The notes below the pieces were generated by a model. The model ran no database searches. It worked only from the letters and a program-made list of their open reading frames with translations, and was not told the DNA's origin. The translations under genes and the position numbers were made by a program. Below, in pieces: positions 10,755-22,800 of a stretch of 64,000 nucleotides of DNA (position 1 is the first letter of the stretch; the number at the start of each line of letters is the position of its first letter). Source of the stretch: the human T2T-CHM13v2.0 reference genome, Homo sapiens; the NCBI RefSeq assembly GCF_009914755.1, contig NC_060947.1. One strand, 5' to 3'.

Positions 10755-13700
10755 GGATCCCACAGAAAGAGTGTTTCGAAACTGCTGTTTCAAAAGGAAT
10801 CTTCAACTCTGTGAGTTGAATGCAATCATCACAAAGAAGTTTCTGACAATGCTTCTCTCTCGTCTTTCTGTGAAGATAAAGGAAAAGGCTTTCAGGCCTT
10901 TTCCACCACAGGCCTGAAAGCGCTCCAAATGTCCACTTGCAGATTCTGCCAAAAGAATATTTCAAAACTGCTCTATGAAAAGCAATGTTAAACTCTGCGG
11001 CTCGAACACAAACATCACAAAGCAGTTTCTGAGAATGCTTCAGTTTAGTTTTTCTGTGGAAATATTCCCGTTTCCAAAGAAATCTTCAAAGAGGTCCACG
11101 TATCCACTTACAGATTCTACAAAAAGACAGTTTCAAAACTGCTCAATCAAAAGGAGGGTTCAACTGTGTGACTTGAATGCAATCATCACTCAGAACTTTC
11201 TGAGAATGCTTCTCCTTAGTTTTTACATGAACATATACCCGTTTCGAACGAAGGCCACCCAGTGGTCCAAATATCCACTTGCAGATTCTACAGAAAGAGT
11301 GTTTCGAACCTGAACTCTCAAAGGCAGGTTCATCTCTGCGAGTTAAATGCATTCGTCATGAAGAACTTTCTCAGCGTGTTTGTGTTTAGTTATGGGAAAT
11401 TATTCCCGTTCCCAACGAAATCCTCAGAGAGGTCCAAATGTCCACCTGCAGATTCTACCAAAAGTGTATTTGGAAACTGCTCCATCAACAGGCATGTTCA
11501 GCTCTGTGAGTGAAACTCCATCATCACAAAGAATATTCTGAGAATGCTTCCGTTTGCCTTTTATATGAAGTTCCTTCCTATACGACCGTAGGCCTCAAAG
11601 CAGTCCAAATCTCCATTTGCAGATTCTACAAAAAGAGTGATTCCAATCTGCTCTATCAATAGGATTGTTCAACTCCATGAGTTGAATGCCATCCTCACAA
11701 AGTCGTTTCTGAGAATGCTTCTATCTAGTTTTTATGTGAAGATATTTCCTTTTGCACCACAGGCCTCAAAGCCCTCCAAACGTCCACTTGCAGATTCTCG
11801 AAAAAGAGTGTTTCATAGCTGCTCTTTCAAAAGGAAAGTTCAACTCTGGGAGTTGAATACAAACATCACAAAGTAATTTCCGAGAATGCTTCTGTTTAGT
11901 TTTTATGTGAAGATGATCCCGTTTCCAGTGAAATCTTCAAAGAGGTCCACATATCCCCTTGCAGATTCCAAAGAAAGAGGGTTTCAAAACTGCTCCATCA
12001 AAAGGATTGTTCAACTCTGTGAGTTGAATGCAGTCATCGCAGAAAACTTTCTGAGAATGCTTCTGTCTAGGTTTGATGTGAAGATATAGACGTTTCAAAC
12101 GAAGGCTACAAAGTGGTCAAAATATACACTTGCAGATTGTACTACAAGGGTGTTGCAAACCTGAACTATCAAAGGAAGGTTCAACTCTGTGGGTTGAATA
12201 CAAACATCACAAAGAATGTTCTGAGTTTGGTTCCGTTCAGTTATGGGAAGTTGATCCCGTTCCCAACAAAATCCTCAGAGAGGTCCAAATATCCCCTTGC
12301 AGATTCTACAAAACGTGTGTTTGGAAACTGCTCCATCATAACGAATGTTCAGCTCTCTGAGTTAAACTCCATCGTCACAAAGAATTTTCTGAGAGTGCTA
12401 CCGTCTAGTTTTTATATGAAGTTCTTTCCTTTACTACCACAGGCCTCAAAGCGGTCCAAATCTCCACTTGCAGATCCTACAAAAAGAGTGTCTGCAAACT
12501 GCTCTATCAAAAGGAATGTTCAACTCTGGGAGTTGAATGCAATCATCACAGAGCAGTTTCTGAGAATGCTTCTATGTCGTTTTTAGGAGAAGATATTTCC
12601 TTTTCCAACACAGTCCTCCAAGCCCGCTAAATAGCCACTTGCACATTGTAGAAAAAGTGTGTCGAAGCTGCGCTATCAAAGGGAAAGTTCAACTCTGTGA
12701 GGTGAATGCAAACATCCCAAAGAAGTTTCTGAGAATGCTTCCGTTTAGCTTTTAGGTGAAGATTATCCCGTTTGCAACGAAATCTTCAAAGAGGTCCAAA
12801 TATCCCCTTGCGGATCCCACAGAAAGAGTGTTTCGAAACTGCTGTTTCAAAAGGAATCTTCAACTCTGTGAGTTGAATGCAATCATCACAAAGAAGTTTC
12901 TGACAATGCTTCTCTCTCGTCTTTCTGTGAAGATAAAGGAAAAGGCTTTCAGGCCTTTTCCACCACAGGCCTGAAAGCGCTCCAAATGTCCACTTGCAGA
13001 TTCTGCCAAAAGAATATTTCAAAACTGCTCTATGAAAAGCAATGTTAAACTCTGCGGCTCGAACACAAACATCACAAAGCAGTTTCTGAGAATGCTTCAG
13101 TTTAGTTTTTCTGTGGAAATATTCCCGTTTCCAAAGAAATCTTCAAAGAGGTCCACGTATCCACTTACAGATTCTACAAAAAGACAGTTTCAAAACTGCT
13201 CAATCAAAAGGAGGGTTCAACTGTGTGACTTGAATGCAATCATCACTCAGAACTTTCTGAGAATGCTTCTCCTTAGTTTTTACATGAACATATACCCGTT
13301 TCGAACGAAGGCCACCCAGTGGTCCAAATATCCACTTGCAGATTCTACAGAAAGAGTGTTTCGAACCTGAACTCTCAAAGGCAGGTTCATCTCTGCGAGT
13401 TAAATGCATTCGTCATGAAGAACTTTCTCAGCGTGTTTGTGTTTAGTTATGGGAAATTATTCCCGTTCCCAACGAAATCCTCAGAGAGGTCCAAATGTCC
13501 ACCTGCAGATTCTACCAAAAGTGTATTTGGAAACTGCTCCATCAACAGGCATGTTCAGCTCTGTGAGTGAAACTCCATCATCACAAAGAATATTCTGAGA
13601 ATGCTTCCGTTTGCCTTTTATATGAAGTTCCTTCCTATACGACCGTAGGCCTCAAAGCAGTCCAAATCTCCATTTGCAGATTCTACAAAAAGAGTGATTC

Positions 13701-14868
13701 CAATCTGCTCTATCAATAGGATTGTTCAACTCCATGAGTTGAATGCCATCCTCACAAAGTCGTTTCTGAGAATGCTTCTATCTAGTTTTTATGTGAAGAT
13801 ATTTCCTTTTGCACCACAGGCCTCAAAGCCCTCCAAACGTCCACTTGCAGATTCTCGAAAAAGAGTGTTTCATAGCTGCTCTTTCAAAAGGAAAGTTCAA
13901 CTCTGGGAGTTGAATACAAACATCACAAAGTAATTTCCGAGAATGCTTCTGTTTAGTTTTTATGTGAAGATGATCCCGTTTCCAGTGAAATCTTCAAAGA
14001 GGTCCACATATCCCCTTGCAGATTCCAAAGAAAGAGGGTTTCAAAACTGCTCCATCAAAAGGATTGTTCAACTCTGTGAGTTGAATGCAGTCATCGCAGA
14101 AAACTTTCTGAGAATGCTTCTGTCTAGGTTTGATGTGAAGATATAGACGTTTCAAACGAAGGCTACAAAGTGGTCAAAATATACACTTGCAGATTGTACT
14201 ACAAGGGTGTTGCAAACCTGAACTATCAAAGGAAGGTTCAACTCTGTGGGTTGAATACAAACATCACAAAGAATGTTCTGAGTTTGGTTCCGTTCAGTTA
14301 TGGGAAGTTGATCCCGTTCCCAACAAAATCCTCAGAGAGGTCCAAATATCCCCTTGCAGATTCTACAAAACGTGTGTTTGGAAACTGCTCCATCATAACG
14401 AATGTTCAGCTCTCTGAGTTAAACTCCATCGTCACAAAGAATTTTCTGAGAGTGCAACCGTCTAGGTTTTATATGAAGTTCTTTCCTTTACTACCACAGG
14501 CCTCAAAGCGGTCCAAATCTCCACTTGCAGATTCTACAAAAAGAGTGTCTGCAAACTGCTCTATCAAAAGGAATGTTCAACTCTGGGAGTTGAATGCAAT
14601 CATCACAGAGCAGTTTCTGAGAATGCTTCTATGTCGTTTTTAGGAGAAGATATTTCCTTTTCCAACACAGTCCTCCAAGCCCGCTAAATATCAACTTGCA
14701 CATTGTAGAAAAAGTGTGTCGAAGCTGCGCTATCAAAGGGAAAGTTCAACTCTGTGAGGTGAATGCAAACATCCCAAAGAAGTTTCTGAGAATGCTTCCG
14801 TTTAGCTTTTAGGTGAAGATTATCCCGTTTGCAACGAAATCTTCAAAGAGGTCCAAATATCCCCTTGC

Positions 14869-16898
14869 GGATCCCACAGAAAGAGTGTTTCGAAACTGCT
14901 GTTTCAAAAGGAATCTTCAACTCTGTGAGTTGAATGCAATCATCACAAAGAAGTTTCTGACAATGCTTCTCTCTCGTCTTTCTGTGAAGATAAAGGAAAA
15001 GGCTTTCAGGCCTTTGCCACCACAGGCAAATTCTGCCAAAAGAATATTTCAAAACTGCTCTATGAAAAGCAATGTTAAACTCTGTGGCTCGAACACAAAC
15101 ATCACAAAGCGGTCTCTGAGAATGCTTCAGTTTAGTTTTTCTGTGGAAATATTCCCGTTTCCAAAGAAATCTTCAAAGAGGTCCACGTATCCACTTACAG
15201 ATTCTACAAAAAGACAGTTTCAAAACTGCTCCATCAAAAGGAGGGTTCAACTGTGTGACTTGAATGCAATCATCACTCAGAAGTTTCTGAGAATGCTTCT
15301 CTTTAGTTTTTACGTGAACATATACCCTTTTCGAACGAAGGCCACCCAGTGGTCCAAATGTCCACTTGCAGATTCTACAGAAAGAGTGTTTCGAACCTGA
15401 ACTCTCAAAGGCAGGTTCATCTCTGCGAGTTAAATGCATTCATCATGAAGAACTTTCTCAGAGTGTTTGTGTTTAGTTATGGGAAATTATTCCCGTTTCC
15501 AACGAAATCCTCAGAGAGCTCCAAATATCCACCTGCAGATTCTACCAAAAGTGTATTTGGAAACTGCTCCATCAAAAGGCATGTTCAGCTCTGTGAGTGA
15601 AACTCCATCATCACAAAGAATATTCTGAGAATGCTTCCGTTTGCCTTTTATATGAAGTTCCTTCCTATACGACCGTAGGCCTCAAAGCAGTCCAAATCTC
15701 CATTTGCAGATTCTACAAAAAGAGTGATTCCAACCTGCTCTATCAATAGGATTGTTCAACTCCATGAGTTGAATGCCATCCTCACAAAGTCGTTTCTGAG
15801 AATGCTTCTATCTAGTTTTTATGTGAAGATATTTCCTTTTCCACCACAGGCCTCAAAGCCCTCCAAACGTCCACTTGCAGATTCTCGAAAAAGAGTGTTT
15901 CATAGCTGCTCTTTCAAACGGAAAGTTCAACTCTGGGAGTTGAATACAAACATCACAAAGTAGTTTCCGAGAATGCTTCTGTTTAGTTCTTATGTGAAGA
16001 TGATCCCGTTTCCAGTGAAATCTTCAAAGAGTTCCACATATCCCCTTGCAGATTCCAAAGAAAGTGGTTTTCAAAACTGCTCCATCAGAAGGATTGTTCA
16101 ACTCTGTGAGTTGAATGCAGTCATCGCAGAAAACTTTCTGAGAATGCTTCTGTCTAGGTTTGATGTGAAGATATAGACGTTTCAAACGAAGGCTACAAAG
16201 TGGTCAAAATATACACTTGCAGATTCTACTACAAGGGTGTTGCAAACCTGAACTATCAAAGGAAGGTTCAACTCTGTGGGTTGAATACAAACATCGCAAA
16301 GAATGTTCTGAGTTTGCTTCCGTTCAGTTATGGGAAGTTGATCCCCTTCCCAACGAAATCCTCAGAGAGGTCCAAATATCCCCTTGCAGATTCTACAAAA
16401 CGTGTGTTTGGAAACTGCTCCATCATAACGAATGTTCAGCTCTCTGAGTTAAACTCCATCGTCACAAAGAATTTTCTGAGAGTGCTACCGTCTAGTTTTT
16501 ATATGAAGTTCTTTCCTTTACTACCACAGGCCTCAAAGCGGTCCAAATCTCCACTTGCAGATTCTACAAAAAGAGTGTCTGCAAACTGCTCTATCAAAAG
16601 GAATGTTCAACTCTGGGAGTTGAATGCAATCATCACAGAGCAGTTTCTGAGAATGCTTCTATGTCGTTTTTAGGAGAAGATATTTCCTATTCCAACACAG
16701 TCCTCCAAGCCCGCTAAATATCCACTTGCACATTGTAGAAAAAGTGTGTCGAAGCTGCGCTATCAAAGGGAAAGTTCAACTCTGTGAGGTGAATGCAAAC
16801 ATCCCAAAGAAGTTTCTGAGAATGCTTCCGTTTAGCTTTTACCTGAAGATTATCACGTTTCCAACGAAAGCTTCAAAGAGGTCCAAATATCCCCTTGC
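14869..16898 (-). repeat. Variant HOR of 2,030 bp with a 27-bp deletion at 15027/15028
   Basis: The sequence reads CACAGGC^AAATTCTGCC where other copies read CACAGGC-CTGAAAGCGCTCCAAATGTCCACTTGC-AGATTCTGCC. All downstream coordinates shift by -27, and two repeat ORFs fuse (14813..15400). Confidence 0.95.
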
Positions 16899-19800
16899 GG
16901 ATCCCACAGAAAGAGTGTTTCGAAACTGCTGTTTCAAAAGGAATCTTCAACTCTGTGAGTTGAATGCAATCATCACAAAGAAGTTTCTGACAATGCTTCT
17001 CTCTCGCCTTTCTGTGAAGATAAAGGAAAAGGCTTTCAGGCCTTTTCCACCACAGGCCTGAAAGCGCTCCAAATGTCCACTTGCAGATTCTGCCAAAAGA
17101 ATATTTCAAAACTGCTCTATGAAAAGCAATATTAAACTCTGCGGCTCCAACACAAACATCACAAAGCAGTTTCTGAGAATGCTTCAGTTTAGTTTTTCTG
17201 TGGAAATATTCCCGTTTCCAAAGAAATCTTCAAAGAGGTCCACGTATCCACTTACAGATTCTACAAAAAGACAGTTTCAAAACTGCTCCATCAAAAGGAG
17301 GGATCAACTGTGTGACTTGAATGCAATCATCACTCAGAACTTTCTGAGAATGCTTCTCTTTAGTTTTTACGTGAACATATACCCGTTTCGAACGAAGGCC
17401 ACCCAGTGGTCCAAATATCCACTTGCAGATTCTACAGAAAGAGTGTTTCGAACCTGAACTCTCAAAGGCAGGTTCATCTCTGCGAGTTAAATGCATTCGT
17501 CATGAAGAACTTTCTCAGCGTGTTTGTGTTTAGTTATGGGAAATTATTCCCGTTCCCAACGAAATCCTCAGAGAGGTCCAAATGTCCACCTGCAGATTCT
17601 ACCAAAAGTGTATTTGGAAACTGCTCCATCAACAGGCATGTTCAGCTCTGTGAGTGAAACTCCATCATCACAAAGAACATTCTGAGAATGCTTCCGTTTG
17701 CCTTTTATATGAAGTTCCTTCCTATACGACCATAGGCCTCAAAGAAGTCCAAATCTCCATTTGCAGATTCTACAAAAAGAGTGATTCCAATCTGCTCTAT
17801 CAATAGGATTGTTCAACTCCATGAGTTGAATGCCATCCTCACAAAGTCGTTTCTGAGAATGCTTCTATCTAGTTTTTATGTGAAGATATTTCCTTTTCCA
17901 CCACAGGCCTCAAAGCCCTCCAAACGTCCACTTGCACATTCTCGAAAAAGACTGTTTCATAGCTGCTCTTTCAAAAGGAAAGTTCAACTCTGGGAGTTGA
18001 ATACAAACATCACAAAGTAGTTTCCGAGAATGCTTCTCTTTAGTTCTTATGTGAAGATGATCCCGTTTCCAGTGAAATCTTCAAAGAGGTCCACATATCC
18101 CCTTGCAGATTCCAAAGAAAGAGGGTTTCAAAACTGCTCCATCAAAAGGATTGTTCAACTCTGTGAGTTGAATGCAGTCATCGCAGAAAACTTTCTGAGA
18201 ATGCTTCTGTCTAGGTTTGATGTGAAGATATAGACGTTTCAAACGAAGGCTACAAAGTGGTCAAAATATACACTTGCAGATTGTACTACAAGGGTGTTGC
18301 AAACCTGAACTATCAAAGGAAGGTTCAACTCTGTGGGTTGAATACAAACATCGCAAAGAATGCTCTGAGTTTGCTTCCGTTCAGTTATGGGAAGTTGATC
18401 CCCTTCCCAACGAAATCCTCAGAGAGGTCCAAATATCCCCTTGCAGATTCTACAAAACGTGTGTTTGGAAACTGCTCCATCATAACGAATGTTCAGCTCT
18501 CTGAGTTAAACTCCATCGTCACAAAGAATTTTCTGAGAGTGCTACCGTCTAGTTTTTATATGAAGTTCTTTCCTTTACTACCACGGGCCTCAAAGCGGTC
18601 CAAATCTCCACTTGCAGATTCTACAAAAAGAGTGTCTGCAAACTGCTCTATCAAAAGGAATGTTCAACTCTGGGAGTTGAATGCAATCATCACAGAGCAG
18701 TTTCTGAGAAGGCTTCTATGTCGTTTTTAGGAGAAGATATTTCCTTTTCCAACACAGTCCTCCAAGCCCGCTAAATATCCACTTGCACATTTTAGAAAAA
18801 GTGTGTCGAAGCTGCGCTATCAAAGGGAAAGTTCAACTCTGTGAGGTGAATGCAAACATCCCAAAGAAGTTTCTGAGAATGCTTCCGTTTAGCTTTTAGG
18901 TGAAGATTATCCCGTTTCCAACGAAATCTTCAAAGAGGTCCAAATATCCCCTTGCGGATCCCACAGAAAGAGTGTTTCGAAACTGCTGTTTCAAAAGGAA
19001 TCTTCAACTCTGTGAGTTGAATGCAATCATCACAAAGAAGTTTCTGACAATGCTTCTCTCTCGTCTTTCTGTGAAGATAAAGGAAAAGGCTTTCAGGCCT
19101 TTTCCACCACAGGCCTGAAAGCGCTCCAAATGTCCACTTGCAGATTCTGCCAAAAGAATATTTCAAAACTGCTCTATGAAAAGCAATGTTAAACTCTGCG
19201 GCTCGAACACAAACATCACAAAGCAGTTTCTGAGAATGCTTCAGTTTAGTTTTTCTGTGGAAATATTCCCGTTTCCAAAGAAATCTTCAAAGAGGTCCAC
19301 GTATCCACTTACAGATTCTACAAAAAGACAGTTTCAAAACTGCTCAATCAAAAGGAGGGTTCAACTGTGTGACTTGAATGCAACCATCACTCAGAAGTTT
19401 CTGAGAATGCTTCTCTTTAGTTTTTACGTGAACATATACCCGTTTCGAACCAAGGCCACCCAGTGGTCCAAGTATCCACTTGCAGATTCTACAGAAAGAG
19501 TGTTTCGAACCTGAACTCTCAAAGGCAGGTTCATCTCTGCGAGTTAAATGCATTCGTCATGAAGAACTTTCTCACCGTGTTTGTGTTTACTTATGGGAAA
19601 TTATTCCCGTTCCCAACGAAATCCTCAGAGAGGTCCAAATGTCCACCTGCAGATTCTACCAAAAGTGTATTTGGAAACTGCTCCATCAACAGGCATGTTC
19701 AGCTCTGTGAGTGAAACTCCATCATCACAAAGAATATTCTGAGAATGCTTCCGTTTGCCTTTTATATGAAGTTCCTTCCTATACGACCGTAGGCCTCAAA

Positions 19801-22800
19801 GCAGTCCAAATCTCCATTTGCAGATTCTACAAAAAGAGTGATTCCAATCTCCTCTATCAATAGGATTGTTCAACTCCATGAGTTGAATGCCATCCTCACA
19901 AAGTCGTTTCTGAGAATGCTTCTATTTAGTTTTTATGTGAAGATATTTCCTTTTCCACCACAGGCCTCAAAGCCCTCCAAACGTCCACTTGCAGATCCTC
20001 GAAAAAGAGTGTTTCATAGCTGCTCTTTCAAAAGGAAAGTTCAACTCTGGGAGTTGAATACAAACATCACAAAGTAGTTTCCGAGAATGCTTCTGTTTAG
20101 TTCTTATGTGAAGATGATCCCGTTTCCAGTGAAATCTTCAAAGAGGTCCACATATCCCCTTGCAGATTCCAAAGAAAGAGGGTTTCAAAACTGCTCCATC
20201 AAAAGGATTGTTCAACTCTGTGAGTTGAATGCAGTCATCGCAGAAAACTTTCTGAGAATGCTTCTGTCTAGGTTTGATGTGAAGATATAGACGTTTCAAA
20301 CGAAGGCTACAAAGTGGTCAAAATATACACTTGCAGATTCTACTACAAGGGTGTTGCAAACCTGAACTATCAAAGGAAGGTTCAACTCTGTGGGTTGAAT
20401 ACAAACATCGCAAAGAATGTTCTGAGTTTGCTTCCGTTCAGTTATGGGAAGTTGATCCCCTTCCCAACGAAATCCTCAGAGAGGTCCAAATATCCCCTTG
20501 CAGATTCTACAAAACGTGTGTTTGGAAACTGCTCCATCATAACGACTGTTCAGCTCTCTGAGTTAAACTCCATCGTCACAAAGAATTTTCTGAGAGTGCT
20601 ACCGTCTAGTTTTTATATGAAGTTCTTTCCTTTACTACCACAGGCCTCAAAGCGGTCCAAATCTCCACTTGCAGATTCTACAAAAAGAGTGTCTGCAAAC
20701 TGCTCTATCAAAAGGAATGTTCAACTCTGGGAGTTGAATGCAATCATCACAGAGCAGTTTCTGAGAAGGCTTCTATATCGTTTTTAGGAGAAGATATTTC
20801 CTATTCCAACACAGTCCTCCAAGCCCGCTAAATATCCACTTGCACATTGTAGAAAAAGTGTGTCGAAGCTGCGCTATCAAAGGGAAAGTTCAACTCTGTG
20901 AGGTGAATGCAAACATCCCAAAGAAGTTTCTGAGAATGCTTCCGTTTAGCTTTTACCTGAAGATTATCCCGTTTCCAACGAAAGCTTCAAAGAGGTCCAA
21001 ATATCCCCTTGCGGATCCCACAGAAAGAGTGTTTCGAAACTGCTGTTTCAAAAGGAATCTTCAACTCTGTGAGTTGAATGCAATCATCACAAAGAAGTTT
21101 CTGACAATGCTTCTCTCTCGTCTTTCTGTGAAGATAAAGGAAAAGGCTTTCAGGCCTTTTCCACCACAGGCCTGAAAGCGCTCCAAATGTCCACTTGCAG
21201 ATTCTGCCAAAAGAATATTTCAAAACTGCTCTATGAAAAGCAATGTTAAACTCTGCGGCTCGAACACAAACATCACAAAGCAGTTTCTGAGAATGCTTCA
21301 GTTTAGTTTTTCTGTGGAAATATTCCCGTTTCCAAAGAAATCTTCAAAGAGGTCCACGTATCCACTTACAGATTCTACAAAAAGACAGTTTCAAAACTGC
21401 TCAATCAAAAGGAGGGTTCAACTGTGTGACTTGAATGCAATCATCACTCAGAACTTTCTGAGAATGCTTCTCTTTAGTTTTTACGTGAACATATACCCGT
21501 TTCGAACGAAGGCCACCCAGTGGTCCAAATATCCACTTGCAGATTCTACAGAAAGAGTGTTTCGAACCTGAACTCTCAAAGGCAGGTTCATCTCTGCGAG
21601 TTAAATGCATTCGTCATGAAGAACTTTCTCAGCGTGTTTGTGTTTAGTTATGGGAAATTATTCCCGTTCCCAACGAAATCCTCAGAGAGGTCCAAATGTC
21701 CACCTGCAGATTCTACCAAAAGTGTATTTGGAAACTGCTCCATCAACAGGCATGTTCAGCTCTGTGAGTGAAACTCCATCATCACAAAGAACATTCTGAG
21801 AATGCTTCCGTTTGCCTTTTATATGAAGTTCCTTCCTATACGACCGTAGGCCTCAAAGCAGTCCAAATCTCCATTTGCAGATTCTACAAAAAGAGTGATT
21901 CCAATCTGCTCTATCAATAGGATTGTTCAACTCCATGAGTTGAATGCCATCCTCACAAAGTCGTTTCTGAGAATGCTTCTATCTAGTTTTTATGTGAAGA
22001 TATTTCCTTTTGCACCACAGGCCTCAAAGCCCTCCAAACGTCCACTTGCACATTCTCGAAAAAGACTGTTTCATAGCTGCTCTTTCAAAAGGAAAGTTCA
22101 ACTCTGGGAGTTGAATACAAACATCACAAAGTAGTTTCCGAGAATGCTTCTGTTTAGTTCTTATGTGAAGATGATCCCGTTTCCAGTGAAATCTTCAAAG
22201 AGGTCCACATATCCCCTTGCAGATTCCAAAGAAAGAGGGTTTCAAAACTGCTCCATCAAAAGGATTGTTCAACTCTGTGAGTTGAATGCAGTCATCGCAG
22301 AAAACTTTCTGAGAATGCTTCTGTCTAGGTTTGATGTGAAGATATAGACGTTTCAAACGAAGGCTACAAAGTGGTCAAAATATACACTTGCAGATTGTAC
22401 TGCAAGGGTGTTGCAAACCTGAACTATCAAAGGAAGGTTCAACTCTGTGGGTTGAATACAAACATCGCAAAGAATGCTCTGAGTTTGCTTCCGTTCAGTT
22501 ATGGGAAGTTGATCCCCTTCCCAACGAAATCCTCAGAGAGGTCCAAATATCCCCTTGCAGATTCTACAAAACGTGTGTTTGGAAACTGCTCCATCATAAC
22601 GAATGTTCAGCTCTCTGAGTTAAACTCCATCGTCACAAAGAATTTTCTGAGAGTGCTACCGTCTAGTTTTTATATGAAGTTCTTTCCTTTACTACCACGG
22701 GCCTCAAAGCGGTCCAAATCTCCACTTGCAGATTCTACAAAAAGAGTGTCTGCAAACTGCTCTATCAAAAGGAATGTTCAACTCTGGGAGTTGAATGCAA

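Noticed and set aside
14813-15400. Longest ORF (195 aa)
   Set aside because: It exists only because the in-frame 27-bp deletion removes a TGA and fuses two satellite ORFs. There is no evidence of coding function.
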